The notes: generated by a model not told the origin, from the letters alone. Positions 12,612 to 23,007 are shown, numbered from the stretch's first letter. The stretch: 64,000 nucleotides of DNA from Eubacteriales bacterium (GCA_045588575.1 JAZNEJ010000018.1:16257-80256); one strand, 5' to 3'. Numbers and translations: made by a program.

Positions 12612-12866
12612 ATGCTTTTATTTAAAAAAGGTTTATGCGATGGAATAATTATAGGAATGGTTGCGGGTATAGCCGTTGGAATAATGATAAAACCGTGCCT
12701 TTGCAAAATTGAAAACGTAATGAAAAAACGTTTACCCGAAATTAAAGAAGACGGGGAAGAATTTGTCAAAGATATGGTAGAAGATGTTAAAAAAATGGGC
12801 AGCGAAATAAAAGACGTGGTTGAAATAGAATCGGGTATAAAAGGCAACACAAAAGAAAGCGAATAA
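12612..12866 (+). CDS. Small membrane-anchored protein with acidic/lysine-rich tail (YtxH-like)
   Basis: 84 aa, one N-terminal TM (IIIGMVAGIAVGIMI) followed by a charged helix. The antisense ORF 12584..12850 is low-complexity and is judged to be a shadow. Confidence 0.45.
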   Translation: MLLFKKGLCDGIIIGMVAGIAVGIMIKPCLCKIENVMKKRLPEIKEDGEEFVKDMVEDVKKMGSEIKDVVEIESGIKGNTKESE

Positions 12867-12870
12867 AACT

Positions 12871-12899
12871 AATAATCCCCGCTTTATGCGGGGATTATT
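12871..12899. terminator. Bidirectional hairpin terminator
   Basis: AATAATCCCCGC-tttat-GCGGGGATTATT lies between convergent genes and overlaps the stop of the 12895 gene. Confidence 0.5.
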
Positions 12900-14127
12900 C
12901 TATTTTTAAAAGATTTTCCGAATAAATGCCCGATTGATTATAATAACAGAAGTTATAATAGCCGTCGTCCCCGAATAATTTTGCCTGACCTATTATTTGT
13001 TCATTGGAATATAATTGGTCGAAGGGGGCACTTGAAAGAATAAAGGGCTTAAGCACCGTGTTTTCGCCTAATTTAAAATTAGCATTTGTTTTAAGGGCAT
13101 CTATAAGTCCGATAGGATTTTTAAGGGGAGAAGAAACCGAAATGCCGCCTATAACAACGTCTCTGTTAGATGAAACAACAGATGAAATAAGAAAATCGGG
13201 AGAATAGTAATCTATGTTAAGCTTTGAAATATCAAAGGTTTGTCCCGATTCCTCCGAAAGCGCCGAAACAACATATTTCCAAGAGGTTTTAAGGGAAATT
13301 TCGGCCCCTGCTTGATGAACTATGTCGGCGCAAGTGTTTATGAATTCCGAAAGAATTTCAGCTCTTGAAAGAGTTTGTTCGCCGTAATCGAGCATATCAA
13401 TAGGACCGATATCGGGGAATTTAACCTCGTCGAGAATTATTTCGTCAAAGCCGAAGGGGAGAGCCTCGGAAATAACGGAATATAAATAATCTCTGGCGGT
13501 GGATTTATAAGGGTCCATCCAAAAAATATTGTTGAAATACCAGTTTACATTAGAAGAGGTTAAAACCGAATAAGGACGGTAATTGATTCGGTTTTTGGGC
13601 ATGGTGTTATCTTTAAAACAAACTACTCTGCCCGAAACCAAAAATCCGGCGTCCTTGAATTTTTTTATGTTTTGACGAAGAAGCTCGGCGTTTTGAGAAA
13701 CGTTTTCCACCTTCGTTACAATTTCAATTGAAGAAGAAGGGTAATAAAGCATTCCCGATTCGTCTTTGATATCAATTATAACGGTATTGATATCGGTGTT
13801 TTTTAAAGAAGCTATTATTCCGTTAACCTCTTCCACGCTGTCTAAAACCGAGGGCGGAATATAAACTGCTCGCATTCCCGAATTTTCAATAATGCTTACC
13901 TCGGGAGAGGAGCTTTGAGTTTCGGAAGAAACAAAACTTTCGTCTTGGCTTCCGTCGGGGAGTGAAGAATTATCCGGAATTTCATTGGAAAAGAAGGGGA
14001 GAATGAGCATTGCCGAAAAAAAGCCGAGGACAAGACAAGCCAATGCCGATGATAAATAAACAGCGGCTTTTTTAGCTTTTTTATATCTGTTTTGGCTTCT
14101 GAAATGCAATCTGCCTCTTCTTGCCAT
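12895..14127 (-). CDS. Putative glycoside hydrolase-like protein (DUF4015 type), membrane-anchored
   Basis: 410 aa with an N-terminal TM. The TIM-barrel-like segment RAVYIP...INTVIIDIKDESGMLYYPS and DEVKFPD resemble the DUF4015 family. Confidence 0.6.
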   Translation of the reverse strand: MARRGRLHFRSQNRYKKAKKAAVYLSSALACLVLGFFSAMLILPFFSNEIPDNSSLPDGSQDESFVSSETQSSSPEVSIIENSGMRAVYIPPSVLDSVEEVNGIIASLKNTDINTVIIDIKDESGMLYYPSSSIEIVTKVENVSQNAELLRQNIKKFKDAGFLVSGRVVCFKDNTMPKNRINYRPYSVLTSSNVNWYFNNIFWMDPYKSTARDYLYSVISEALPFGFDEIILDEVKFPDIGPIDMLDYGEQTLSRAEILSEFINTCADIVHQAGAEISLKTSWKYVVSALSEESGQTFDISKLNIDYYSPDFLISSVVSSNRDVVIGGISVSSPLKNPIGLIDALKTNANFKLGENTVLKPFILSSAPFDQLYSNEQIIGQAKLFGDDGYYNFCYYNQSGIYSENLLKIE

Positions 14128-14138
14128 TTTTATTCCCC

Positions 14139-15056
14139 TTAATCGTTCTTTTTATCGGTAAAATCAAAGGCGGGCTCGGCCTTTTTTCTCAAAGGATTAG
14201 AAGAAATTTCTTTTTCCGCTTTTTTGTTGTTAAGCATAGAAGCGATAATGTTTCTGGGACACTTTTCAACACAAGTGCCGCATTCGGTGCAAAGGTCGAA
14301 ATTTATAACTGCAAGATTGTTTTGAATGGTTATTGCCTGAGTGGGACAAACTTTTGCGCAAAGAGTACATCCAACGCAACCTACTTCGCAATATTTTTTT
14401 ACCTTTGCGGCTTTATCTTGAGAATTGCACGATACCCAAATTTTCGAATCGAAGGGAACAAGCTTTATTATATTTTTGGGACAGCTTGTGGTGCAAACGC
14501 CGCAACCTTTACATTTTTCGTAATCAACTACTGCAACGCCGTTTTTAATGGAAATAGCCTCTGCAAGACAAGATTTAACACAGGTGCCGAGACCTATACA
14601 TCCGTAAGCGCACTCCTTGGAGCCGCCGCCTATTTTTGAGGCGTGAACACAGTCGGAAATGCCTTCATATTTATATTTTTGAGTGGTTACGCTTGAAGTT
14701 CCCGAACACATGACCTGCGCGCGCATACGTTTTACTTCTTCTGCTTCAACACCCATTAATTTGGAAATTTCTTTAACGGTTTTTTCGCTTGAAAGGGCGC
14801 AAAGATTTGTTTTTGCTTCCCCTGCAACTATTGCTGCCGCATATTGAGCACAGCTGGGATATCCGCAACCGGAGCAGTTTCCGCCGGGAAGAAGCTCCGC
14901 TATTTTTTCGGCTCTTTCATCAACGTCAACGTGGAAAAACTTACTTGCAATAACGAGAAGCACGCCGAAAAGAAAGGCAATGGCGCCGAAAATACCAATA
15001 ATAATTAAAATATTTATAAAAAGTTCCATAGAGTCCTCTATTCCGTGCAAAAGCAC
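14139..15056 (-). CDS. rnfB: Rnf complex subunit B (polyferredoxin)
   Basis: 305 aa with an N-terminal TM, a CxGCGxxxC motif and several CxxCxxCxxxCP 4Fe-4S motifs. It is the last gene of rnfCDGEAB. Confidence 0.93.
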   Translation of the reverse strand: MLLHGIEDSMELFINILIIIGIFGAIAFLFGVLLVIASKFFHVDVDERAEKIAELLPGGNCSGCGYPSCAQYAAAIVAGEAKTNLCALSSEKTVKEISKLMGVEAEEVKRMRAQVMCSGTSSVTTQKYKYEGISDCVHASKIGGGSKECAYGCIGLGTCVKSCLAEAISIKNGVAVVDYEKCKGCGVCTTSCPKNIIKLVPFDSKIWVSCNSQDKAAKVKKYCEVGCVGCTLCAKVCPTQAITIQNNLAVINFDLCTECGTCVEKCPRNIIASMLNNKKAEKEISSNPLRKKAEPAFDFTDKKND

Positions 15057-15074
15057 AAATTATCTGAAAAATAA

Positions 15075-15662
15075 TCAGAAAGGAAGGCTTAAGCCTTGGA
15101 ATCCCGAAAAGGCAATCGCAAGCAATGCGGCTGCAATTAACGATAATGGGAAACCTTTAAAAGCCTTGGGAGGTTTACAAAATTGAAGTCTTTCCTGAAT
15201 TCCCGAGAAGAGAATCATGGCAAGGGTATAACCGAGACCTGCGGCAAAAGCATAAATGAGAGGATATATTATATTATCGTATTCGCTGTCTGCCATAAGA
15301 ATAGCAACGCCTAAAACCGCACAGTTTGTGGTTATGAGAGGGAGGTATATACCGAGTGCCTTATAAAGAGAGGGAACACACTTCTTAAGGAACATTTCAA
15401 TAAGCTGAACCAAAGATGCTATAACAAGTATGAATATAATCGTGCGCAAATATTCAAAGCCGAAAGCGACGAGAATATAACGGTTGATAAGCCAGGTGAG
15501 AAGAGTTGCAACCGTCATAACGAAGGTAACGGCCATACCCATACCAACAGAGGTATCAAGCTTTTTGGAAACGCCCAAGAAGGAGCAAATGCCGAGGAAT
15601 TTAACCAAAACGAAGTTTTCAATTAAAATTGCGGCAAGACAAATAGAAAGTATTTCACCCAT
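15075..15662 (-). CDS. rnfA: Rnf complex subunit A
   Basis: 195-aa polytopic protein (ENFVL...LGICSFLG). Position in operon. Confidence 0.93.
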   Translation of the reverse strand: MGEILSICLAAILIENFVLVKFLGICSFLGVSKKLDTSVGMGMAVTFVMTVATLLTWLINRYILVAFGFEYLRTIIFILVIASLVQLIEMFLKKCVPSLYKALGIYLPLITTNCAVLGVAILMADSEYDNIIYPLIYAFAAGLGYTLAMILFSGIQERLQFCKPPKAFKGFPLSLIAAALLAIAFSGFQGLSLPF

Positions 15663-16306
15663 TATTCGTCACCTCTTTCGTCTTTTTTGAATTTACCCAA
15701 AACAAACTGGAAAAGAGCAATAACAATGCCAAGGAAAAGGAATCCGCCGAAAGGAGCGGCAACTAAAATTGCGGGCGGGAAAGCATCTCCGAAAATTGAA
15801 ATGCCCCAAATTGTGCCGTTGCCCAAAACCTCGCGGAAAACGGATACAAGCATAAGCGCCAAGGTGAAGCCCAATCCGCATGCAAGACCGTCAACCGCAG
15901 AGGGAATAACGGAATTCTTTGAAGCAAAGCTTTCTGCACGTGCGAAGATAATGCAGTTAACAACTATAAGGGGAATGAATAATCCGAGAGATGCGGAAAG
16001 GGCAGGGAGAAAAGCAACGAGAACCATATCGATAATGGAAACGAAGCCTGCTATAATAACGATATATGCCGCAATACGAATCTTTTCGGGAATAAATTTA
16101 CGAAGTATGGAAATAAGAATGTTCGAAAAAATGAGAACGAAGGTGGCTGATAATCCCATACCGATAGCGTTTTGAAGAGTGGTTGAAACTGCCAAAGCAG
16201 GACACATACCGAGAAGCTGAACCATAACGGGATTTTCAAAAATAACGCCGTTGGTGAAAATTTTCCAAAGAGAATATCTTTTCTTTTTCTTTTTAGTTAA
16301 TTTCAT
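15662..16306 (-). CDS. rnfE: Rnf complex subunit E
   Basis: 214-aa polytopic protein (NPVMVQLLGMCPALAVS). Position in operon. Confidence 0.93.
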   Translation of the reverse strand: MKLTKKKKKRYSLWKIFTNGVIFENPVMVQLLGMCPALAVSTTLQNAIGMGLSATFVLIFSNILISILRKFIPEKIRIAAYIVIIAGFVSIIDMVLVAFLPALSASLGLFIPLIVVNCIIFARAESFASKNSVIPSAVDGLACGLGFTLALMLVSVFREVLGNGTIWGISIFGDAFPPAILVAAPFGGFLFLGIVIALFQFVLGKFKKDERGDE

Positions 16307-16874
16307 TCGTTTCAGCCTCCTTTAACATATCAAAAACCTCAAGAACGTGATTTATTGATTTCGTAACGGCTTTTGAAGTTATTGTAGCACCGGTAAGCGC
16401 TGTTAATCCGCCCTCGCCGAGAGCAACCGAGCCGCTTTTTCCGTTAAATCTGTCGAGGAAGGCAGGTTCAAGTGCTTTTTGACCGATTCCGGGGGTTTCC
16501 GATGCGGAAATAACCTTAACACCGCCGATTGAGCCGGAAGCGTTTACTCTAACCATTAAGTTAATAGCGCCGCCGTAACCCTTTTCGGAGGATTTAATAC
16601 AGTAACAAATGAGAGAACCGTCATTGGTGCTTGAAATTTTATAAATTTTTTCAATGGACTCGTCGGAAAAACCGTCAACCTCGTCAATAGTATAAGATTC
16701 CTCGCTTATAAGAGCACGAACCGAATCCATAACCTTTTCGCTTTCGAGCTGTTCAGCGATAGGTTGTGTTACAAAGTTAACAAGACACAGTGAAACGCAA
16801 GTAATTGCCGTTATTATGAAAAGTTTAAGAGCGGTTGATAAAATTTCGTGGAGATTAAGCTTATTATTTGACAT
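16293..16874 (-). CDS. rnfG: Rnf complex subunit G (FMN-binding)
   Basis: 193 aa with an N-terminal TM and the FMN attachment-type motif GATITSKAV. Confidence 0.9.
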   Translation of the reverse strand: MSNNKLNLHEILSTALKLFIITAITCVSLCLVNFVTQPIAEQLESEKVMDSVRALISEESYTIDEVDGFSDESIEKIYKISSTNDGSLICYCIKSSEKGYGGAINLMVRVNASGSIGGVKVISASETPGIGQKALEPAFLDRFNGKSGSVALGEGGLTALTGATITSKAVTKSINHVLEVFDMLKEAETNEIN

Positions 16875-17865
16875 TTACTGCACCTCCTCCGGTTCCGTAA
16901 CGCTTGGGAAGGGTTATTTTATCGAAATATCCGGCAAGAACGTTCATAATGAGAATTGAATAGCAAACGCCTTCGGGATTATTGCCGAAATATCTTATAA
17001 ATACGGTAAGCAAGCCGCAACCTATGCCGTATAAAACCTTGCCACGCTTTGTAACGGGCGAAGTAACGTAATCGGTAGCCATGAATATTGCGCCGAGGAG
17101 AAGACCGCCGGATAATACGTTATAAAGCATAAAGTCGAGATTGCTAAATCCGTACATCGGGAAAATAAAGGTTACAAGAGCAACGGTGCCAACGAAGAAA
17201 ACGGGAGTGTGCCAAGTTATAACCTTTCTTACGAGAAGAATAACGAAGCCGATGATTAAGAAAAGAGAAGATGTTTCGCCTATGCATCCGCCTGCCTGAC
17301 CGATGAAAAGGTCGCCTAAAGATACGAGAAGGGGGTTAGAGGGACCTGCTTCAAGCGCAACGAGGGTTGTGGGAGAAGTAACGACGTCGGCAGTATTTAT
17401 AAATCCTGCGGAAAGTTCGGAGAAAACTGCGGGGAAGGTGGTCATTAAAACGGGCCAAGACATAAGAAAGGCTCTGGCAGCAAGGGCGGGGTTTACTATG
17501 TTGTGTCCAAGACCGCCAAAAAGCATTTTAACGATTATTATTGCAAAAAACGAGCCTACAACGGGCAACCAATAGGGAACCGATTGGGGAAGAACGTAAG
17601 CAAGTAATAAACCTGTTACAACGGCTGAAAAATCACCTATTGAAAGCTTTTTCTTCATAATAAGGCAATATAAAGCCTCAAATGCAACGCAGGAAACAAC
17701 CGAAACAAGAATTATTATTAAAGGACGCAAGCCGAAGAATACCACGCTCATAATGCCGGGAGCAAGCAAAGCAAAAATAACGGTGAGCATAATGCTTTTT
17801 GTGCTGTCCGGCGTTTTGATGTTGGGAGAGGTAGTTACGGTAAAAAGCTTTTTAATGTTTTCCAT
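16864..17865 (-). CDS. rnfD: Rnf complex subunit D
   Basis: 333-aa polytopic NqrB/RnfD-like protein (FMATDYVTSP). Confidence 0.93.
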   Translation of the reverse strand: MENIKKLFTVTTSPNIKTPDSTKSIMLTVIFALLAPGIMSVVFFGLRPLIIILVSVVSCVAFEALYCLIMKKKLSIGDFSAVVTGLLLAYVLPQSVPYWLPVVGSFFAIIIVKMLFGGLGHNIVNPALAARAFLMSWPVLMTTFPAVFSELSAGFINTADVVTSPTTLVALEAGPSNPLLVSLGDLFIGQAGGCIGETSSLFLIIGFVILLVRKVITWHTPVFFVGTVALVTFIFPMYGFSNLDFMLYNVLSGGLLLGAIFMATDYVTSPVTKRGKVLYGIGCGLLTVFIRYFGNNPEGVCYSILIMNVLAGYFDKITLPKRYGTGGGAVNVK

Positions 17866-19205
17866 TATTTTTTTACCTCCGTTTGTTTTGCAAATCTTAC
17901 TTTTTCTTTAGCTATACGCATTGACTGAATAAGATAAAGTCTTTGCGGACAGGAATATGCGCAACAACCGCATTCAATACAGTCCATAACGTTGTATTTT
18001 TCACAAAGGTCGATGCGGCCGTTTGAAATGTAGAGATTTATATAGTTGGGCATAAGCTTCATGGGGCAAGCCGCAACGCATTTTCCGCATCTTATGCAGG
18101 TTGCGTCTTCGGTTGCGTAATGAGATTTATCGTAACCGAAAGCCAAAACGGCGGAAGTTCCTTTAACAACGGGAACGTCGAGAGTGTGAAGTGCAAAGCC
18201 CATCATGGGACCGCCTGCAATAATGCGCTCGGCATCTTTTTTAAGACCGCCGCAGTAGTTAAAGAGTTCCGAAACGGGAGTTCCGAGTCTTACAAGAAGG
18301 TTCTTCTGAGCGTTAACCTTATCGCCCGAAACGGTAACAATGCGCTTAATAAGCGGGAAGCCCGAAACGGAAGCGCGGTAAAGAGATGCGCAAGTATCAA
18401 CGTTAAAAACCGCAACGCCTGCATCAAGGGGAAGCTTTCCGGGTGAAATTTCATAGCCTAAAACGGAACGGATAAGCTGTTTTTCGCCGCCTTGAGGGTA
18501 TTTTGTTTGAAGCTCTTTAATTATAATTTTATCGTCGTTACCGATAATCTTTCTCATAGTATCGATAGCGTCTTTTTTGTTATTCTCAATTGCAAGATAA
18601 GCTTTATCAAGATTAAGACATTGAAGAATAAGACGAATACCGCCCACTATAAAACGGGGATATTCAAGCATTGCGCGGTGGTCGCTGGTTATGTAAGGCT
18701 CGCATTCGCATCCGTTTATAATAACGGTGTTAACCTTTTTTTCAATTGCCGAGGTGAGCTTGACTGCGGTGGGGAATGCAGCGCCGCCCATACCTACCAA
18801 GCCGGCATCCTTCGCTATTTTTATAATTTCTTCAGGAGTGTATTCGGCCAAGGTTTTGCCCTTGGGGGTTGCTATAAGATTATCGCAAACGGTATCTTTA
18901 TAATCGTTTTCAATAACAATAGACAAAACGTCGAAACCTGAAGTAACGGGGCGAGGCTCAATGGCAACTACCTTTCCCGAAACAGAGGAGAAAATAGGCG
19001 CGCTCATAGGTGAATCGCTTTCAGCAATGCGCTGACCGACTGTAACGGCATCTCCTACATTAACGAGTGCCGTGCAGGGTTTTCCTATATGTTGAGATAA
19101 AGGGAATACGTAGAATTGTGAAGGCGGCAATTTTTCTATGGGTGTGGCACAAGTGAAATCCTTGTGATAATCGGGGTGAATTCCGCCCTTAAAGGTTGAA
19201 GGCAT
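17865..19205 (-). CDS. rnfC: Rnf complex subunit C
   Basis: 446 aa with GMGGAAFPT and two C-terminal CxxCxxCxxxCP motifs. Confidence 0.95.
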   Translation of the reverse strand: MPSTFKGGIHPDYHKDFTCATPIEKLPPSQFYVFPLSQHIGKPCTALVNVGDAVTVGQRIAESDSPMSAPIFSSVSGKVVAIEPRPVTSGFDVLSIVIENDYKDTVCDNLIATPKGKTLAEYTPEEIIKIAKDAGLVGMGGAAFPTAVKLTSAIEKKVNTVIINGCECEPYITSDHRAMLEYPRFIVGGIRLILQCLNLDKAYLAIENNKKDAIDTMRKIIGNDDKIIIKELQTKYPQGGEKQLIRSVLGYEISPGKLPLDAGVAVFNVDTCASLYRASVSGFPLIKRIVTVSGDKVNAQKNLLVRLGTPVSELFNYCGGLKKDAERIIAGGPMMGFALHTLDVPVVKGTSAVLAFGYDKSHYATEDATCIRCGKCVAACPMKLMPNYINLYISNGRIDLCEKYNVMDCIECGCCAYSCPQRLYLIQSMRIAKEKVRFAKQTEVKK

Positions 19206-19264
19206 GGTTTTTAAATTCCTCCTTTAAAAATAGAAATAGCTATATATAATAAAAATACTAGAAT

Positions 19265-19293
19265 ATTATAAACTTTTATAAAAAAAATGTCAA
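19265..19293 (-). promoter_or_regulatory. Consensus sigma-A promoter of rnf operon (TTGACA-17-TATAAT)
   Basis: On the minus strand, TTGACA at 19293-19288, an exact 17-nt spacer, and TATAAT at 19270-19265. It lies about 60 nt upstream of the rnfC ATG. Confidence 0.65.
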
Positions 19294-19374
19294 TATCAAA
19301 GATAACAAAAAGAAATAAATAAAAGTAACCGAAACGGTTTAAACTGCTATAATGTTAATATACTCACGAGCGAG

Positions 19375-19935
19375 ATGGGAGCTGATATATTGAAGCTTAC
19401 AAAGTTAGATGAAGATAATATCAGAATATTATTGGAAAAAGAGGATTTGGAAAAATATAATATTTCGTTTGAGCTTATAAAGGTGAAAAGCATTAAAACC
19501 AAGGAAGCTTTTTGGAAAATAGTTAATGCGGCGCACGAAAAATCGGGATTTAATCCAACAGGAAACAAGCTTTTAATTGAAGCTTTTCCCAAGTCAAACG
19601 GGGAGGTGCTGTTATACGTGACCAGACTTCCCGAAGAAAGTAACTTAAAAACGGGTGAAAGCGGAAAAACATATTTGTTTTCATTTAACGATGCCGATGC
19701 ATTTTTAGGAGCATACAGAGAGATAAACGAAACTCGGCTTGAGCTTATGGAGAAAAAACATTATATTTATAACGGAACGCATTACCTTTATTTTATGCCG
19801 GTTTCCATCACGGTAACCGATGCGCGCCTTCTTGAAAAGCTGTTGTTATCGTTATATGAATACGGACAAGAAATAACACCTGTGAATTTTCGTTATTTTT
19901 TAGAAGAACACGCTCAAAATCAGGCAACTATATAG
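19375..19935 (+). CDS. mecA: Adaptor protein MecA (Clp adaptor)
   Basis: 186 aa. KLTKLDEDNIRILLEKEDLEKYNISF resembles the MecA N-terminus. An alternative TTG start at 19390 has better GGAG spacing. Extended -10 TGcTATAAT at 19345-19353. Confidence 0.7.
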   Translation: MGADILKLTKLDEDNIRILLEKEDLEKYNISFELIKVKSIKTKEAFWKIVNAAHEKSGFNPTGNKLLIEAFPKSNGEVLLYVTRLPEESNLKTGESGKTYLFSFNDADAFLGAYREINETRLELMEKKHYIYNGTHYLYFMPVSITVTDARLLEKLLLSLYEYGQEITPVNFRYFLEEHAQNQATI

Positions 19936-19940
19936 AAAAA

Positions 19941-19972
19941 ACCCATAGCTTAAAACAAAGCTATGGGTTTGG
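19941..19972. terminator. Bidirectional intrinsic terminator
   Basis: AACCCATAGCTT-aaaaca-AAGCTATGGGTT between convergent genes. The A-run on the plus side gives a U-run for the minus-strand gene. Confidence 0.7.
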
Positions 19973-19977
19973 TGTTG

Positions 19978-20931
19978 TTAGGGCAATTGCCATTTTTCCG
20001 ATATTTTTCTTAACTCGCTTAAATATTTTTCAGGGTTTTTGGGATAAGCAAGACCGTGCCCTGCGCCGGAAACGGTTATTAAACACTTTTTTTCGGAGCC
20101 GCATTCCTCAAACATTTTCTTGCTCATTTCGTAAGGGACAAAGTCATCGTTATCACCGTGAACAAATATTATGGGAAGCTTGCAATTTTTAGCGGCTTTT
20201 ACAGGAGTTGTTTCTTCCAAATCGAAATTGCCGAAAATTTTAGCGCCGAGCTTAACGAAAGGATAAAGCAAATCCGCAGGAAGCTTCATTTCACGAATAA
20301 CCTTTTTAATTATTTCCTTTGCAGATGAAAAACCGCAGTCGGCAAGGACGAACTTAACGTTTTCGGGTAAATCCTCCTCGGTTGCCATAAGAACGGTTGC
20401 GGCACCCATTGAAACGCCCGAAATGCCGAGGTTTACGTCTTTTCCAAAGTGTTTAACCGCAAAATCAACCCATGCCTTGCAGTCTTTTCGTTCTTTAATT
20501 CCAAAGGTGCAAATTCTGCCCTCGCTACCGCCTGTTGCTCGGTGGTCTACAAGCAAAGCATTTCTGCCGATTGCAAAGCAACGCTCAATGGCACCGCACA
20601 AATCTCTTTCAGAGGTGCTTTTATAACCGTGAAACAAAATTTCGGTTAAACCGTTGGGGTTGCACTCGTAATATTTTCCTTTGAGTTTTAAACCATCAAA
20701 CGACTTTATTTCAAAAATCTCATAAGGCATTTCGCGACTTTTTTTGGTCCAATTTATTATTTGTTCGCGAAAGGGAGCGTAAACTTCGCCTTCCGGCACT
20801 TCGTATTCGTTTTCACCCAAGGGTTTTCTTCTTTTAAAATAGAAAACCTTCAAAAAGCATATGAAAGACGTTAAAAGAATTAAAAGAACTATAATTCCCA
20901 AAGCTATTAAAATCCACTGTAAAAATTCCAT
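19978..20931 (-). CDS. Alpha/beta hydrolase, membrane-anchored
   Basis: 317 aa with an N-terminal TM, nucleophile elbow GVSMGA, and distal D and H (HGDNDD, GAGHG). Confidence 0.8.
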   Translation of the reverse strand: MEFLQWILIALGIIVLLILLTSFICFLKVFYFKRRKPLGENEYEVPEGEVYAPFREQIINWTKKSREMPYEIFEIKSFDGLKLKGKYYECNPNGLTEILFHGYKSTSERDLCGAIERCFAIGRNALLVDHRATGGSEGRICTFGIKERKDCKAWVDFAVKHFGKDVNLGISGVSMGAATVLMATEEDLPENVKFVLADCGFSSAKEIIKKVIREMKLPADLLYPFVKLGAKIFGNFDLEETTPVKAAKNCKLPIIFVHGDNDDFVPYEMSKKMFEECGSEKKCLITVSGAGHGLAYPKNPEKYLSELRKISEKWQLP

Positions 20932-21084
20932 ATAAATTCTCCGTTAAAGGCATAAAACCGTGTTTTTTATATGATATAACTTTTGAAGGAATTTGTCAAT
21001 AAAGTGTAGCCAAAAGAGTTTTTTATAGACAAATTATATTTTTTTGTGATATAATTTAACCGTAAACTTTTTAAAAGAAAAGAG

Positions 21085-22992
21085 ATGTTTATGAAAAAGA
21101 AAATTTCACGTTTTTTGGCATTGCTTCTTGCTTTTGTAATTGTGAGCGGTCTTTGCTTTACGGTGCAGGCTGAAAACGGGGAGGATGTAACCATTTTGTT
21201 CACTCACGATTTACATTCGCATCTTCTTCCTTCAAAAGCTGAAGATGGCGGTGAATTCGGAGGTTATGCACGGCTTATGACTGCAATTAAAGAGCAAAAG
21301 GCGCAAAATCCCAATGCTATTTTGGTTGATGGCGGCGACTTTTCTATGGGCTCGCTTTTCCAAACGGCATTTGCAACCTCTGCAATTGAGCTTCGAATGA
21401 TGGGAGCAATGGGCTACGATGTTACCACCTTTGGAAATCATGAGTTTGATTATCTTCCCAAGGGCCTTGCTTCAATGCTTAACGCCGCAAAAGCTTCGGG
21501 CGATCCTGTTCCTGCAATAGTTAACGCAAACTATATAACTCCCTCGGACTCCTCAATTGACAACTCGGAAATTTTAAATGCTTTTGAAAACTATGGCGTA
21601 AAGCCTTATACTATTATTGAACGAGGCGGAGTTTACTTTGTAATTTTCGGTATTATGGGCTTTGACGGTGATGATTGCGCTCCTAATTCGGGAATGGAGC
21701 TTAAAGACCCCGCTGAAATAGCTCAAAAAACGGTTGATGAAGCCGTTAGCGAGTGTGAAAGCACTTACGACGCACATCCTGTTGTAATTTGTCTTTCCCA
21801 TGCGGGAACGAGCGACGGCAAGGGTGAAGACTATGAAATGGCTGAAAAGGTAAATGGAATAGACCTTATTATTTCGGGACATACTCACACAACGATAAAT
21901 CAAGCTATTTCGGTAAATAACACGCTTATAGTTTCTGCAGGTGAATACGGCAAAAATCTTGGTGTTGTAAAGTTAAACCGCAATAATGACGGCACTGTTT
22001 CTTTGAAAAATTATTCTCTTGTTGAAATAGACGAAACAGTTGCGGATGATGCTCAAATTGCAAGCCTTGTAAGCAGCTTCAAATCAAGTGTTGAAACGGA
22101 TTATCTTTCAAAATACGGCGTAACCTTCGATGAAGTGCTTGTAAACAATCCTTATGAATTCGAAAACGTAAAGAGCGTGTATGCAACTCAACATGAATCA
22201 ACGCTTGCAAATATATTCTCCGATGCTTATAAAAAAGCGGTTGAGAAGGCGCTGGGCAAAGAGGTTGACGTTGCACTCACTGCGGCAGGCGTTATCCGCG
22301 AAACCTTACCGATGGGAAACGTAACTACATCCGATGTTTTTAACGCCGCATCGCTCGGCGTTGGCACGGAAGGTGAGCTTGTTGCGGTTTACATAACAGG
22401 AAAAGATTTAATGAATGCTTTAGAGGTTGATGCATCCGTTCAGCCTTTAATGTCGGCGGCCCAACTTTTCTTTTCAGGCGTTGAATATTCTTTTAACACA
22501 TACCGTATGCTCTTTAACAAGGTGGATTACGCAATGCTTCGCAGAAACGACGGCACTCTTCAAGCAATAGAATTGGAACGTCTTTATTTGATTGTAACGG
22601 GAATGTATTGCGGACAGATGTTGGGTGCAGTTGAAGAAACTTCAATGGGATTAATAAGTATTACTCCAAGAGATGAAAACGGAAATCCCATAGAGGTTAA
22701 AGACCTTGCAAACTATGTTGTTAAAGATGAAAACGGAAATCCTTTAAAAGAATGGAATGCAATAGCCACCCATCTTAAAGATATGGACGGCATAATGGAT
22801 TCGAAATATTCTCAAACCGACGGACGCAAGGTTGTATATTCAAGCCTTAACCCCGTAATGCTTTTAAGAAATGCAAACCATTTTACCTACATAATAATTG
22901 CCGTTATTTTAGTTCTTATCTCGGTAATTGTGTTAGTTCCTGTTTTAGTTGTTCGCAAAATACGCCGCAAAAAGCTTAAAAAAGCGGCTTGA
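21085..22992 (+). CDS. Bifunctional metallophosphatase / 5'-nucleotidase, secreted with C-terminal membrane anchor
   Basis: 635 aa with a signal peptide, metallophosphoesterase motifs DLHSH, GGDFSMGS, GNHEFD and GHTH, plus a C-terminal TM and RKIRRKK. Confidence 0.88.
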   Translation: MFMKKKISRFLALLLAFVIVSGLCFTVQAENGEDVTILFTHDLHSHLLPSKAEDGGEFGGYARLMTAIKEQKAQNPNAILVDGGDFSMGSLFQTAFATSAIELRMMGAMGYDVTTFGNHEFDYLPKGLASMLNAAKASGDPVPAIVNANYITPSDSSIDNSEILNAFENYGVKPYTIIERGGVYFVIFGIMGFDGDDCAPNSGMELKDPAEIAQKTVDEAVSECESTYDAHPVVICLSHAGTSDGKGEDYEMAEKVNGIDLIISGHTHTTINQAISVNNTLIVSAGEYGKNLGVVKLNRNNDGTVSLKNYSLVEIDETVADDAQIASLVSSFKSSVETDYLSKYGVTFDEVLVNNPYEFENVKSVYATQHESTLANIFSDAYKKAVEKALGKEVDVALTAAGVIRETLPMGNVTTSDVFNAASLGVGTEGELVAVYITGKDLMNALEVDASVQPLMSAAQLFFSGVEYSFNTYRMLFNKVDYAMLRRNDGTLQAIELERLYLIVTGMYCGQMLGAVEETSMGLISITPRDENGNPIEVKDLANYVVKDENGNPLKEWNAIATHLKDMDGIMDSKYSQTDGRKVVYSSLNPVMLLRNANHFTYIIIAVILVLISVIVLVPVLVVRKIRRKKLKKAA

Positions 22993-23007
22993 ACAAAAAA
23001 AGAAAAA

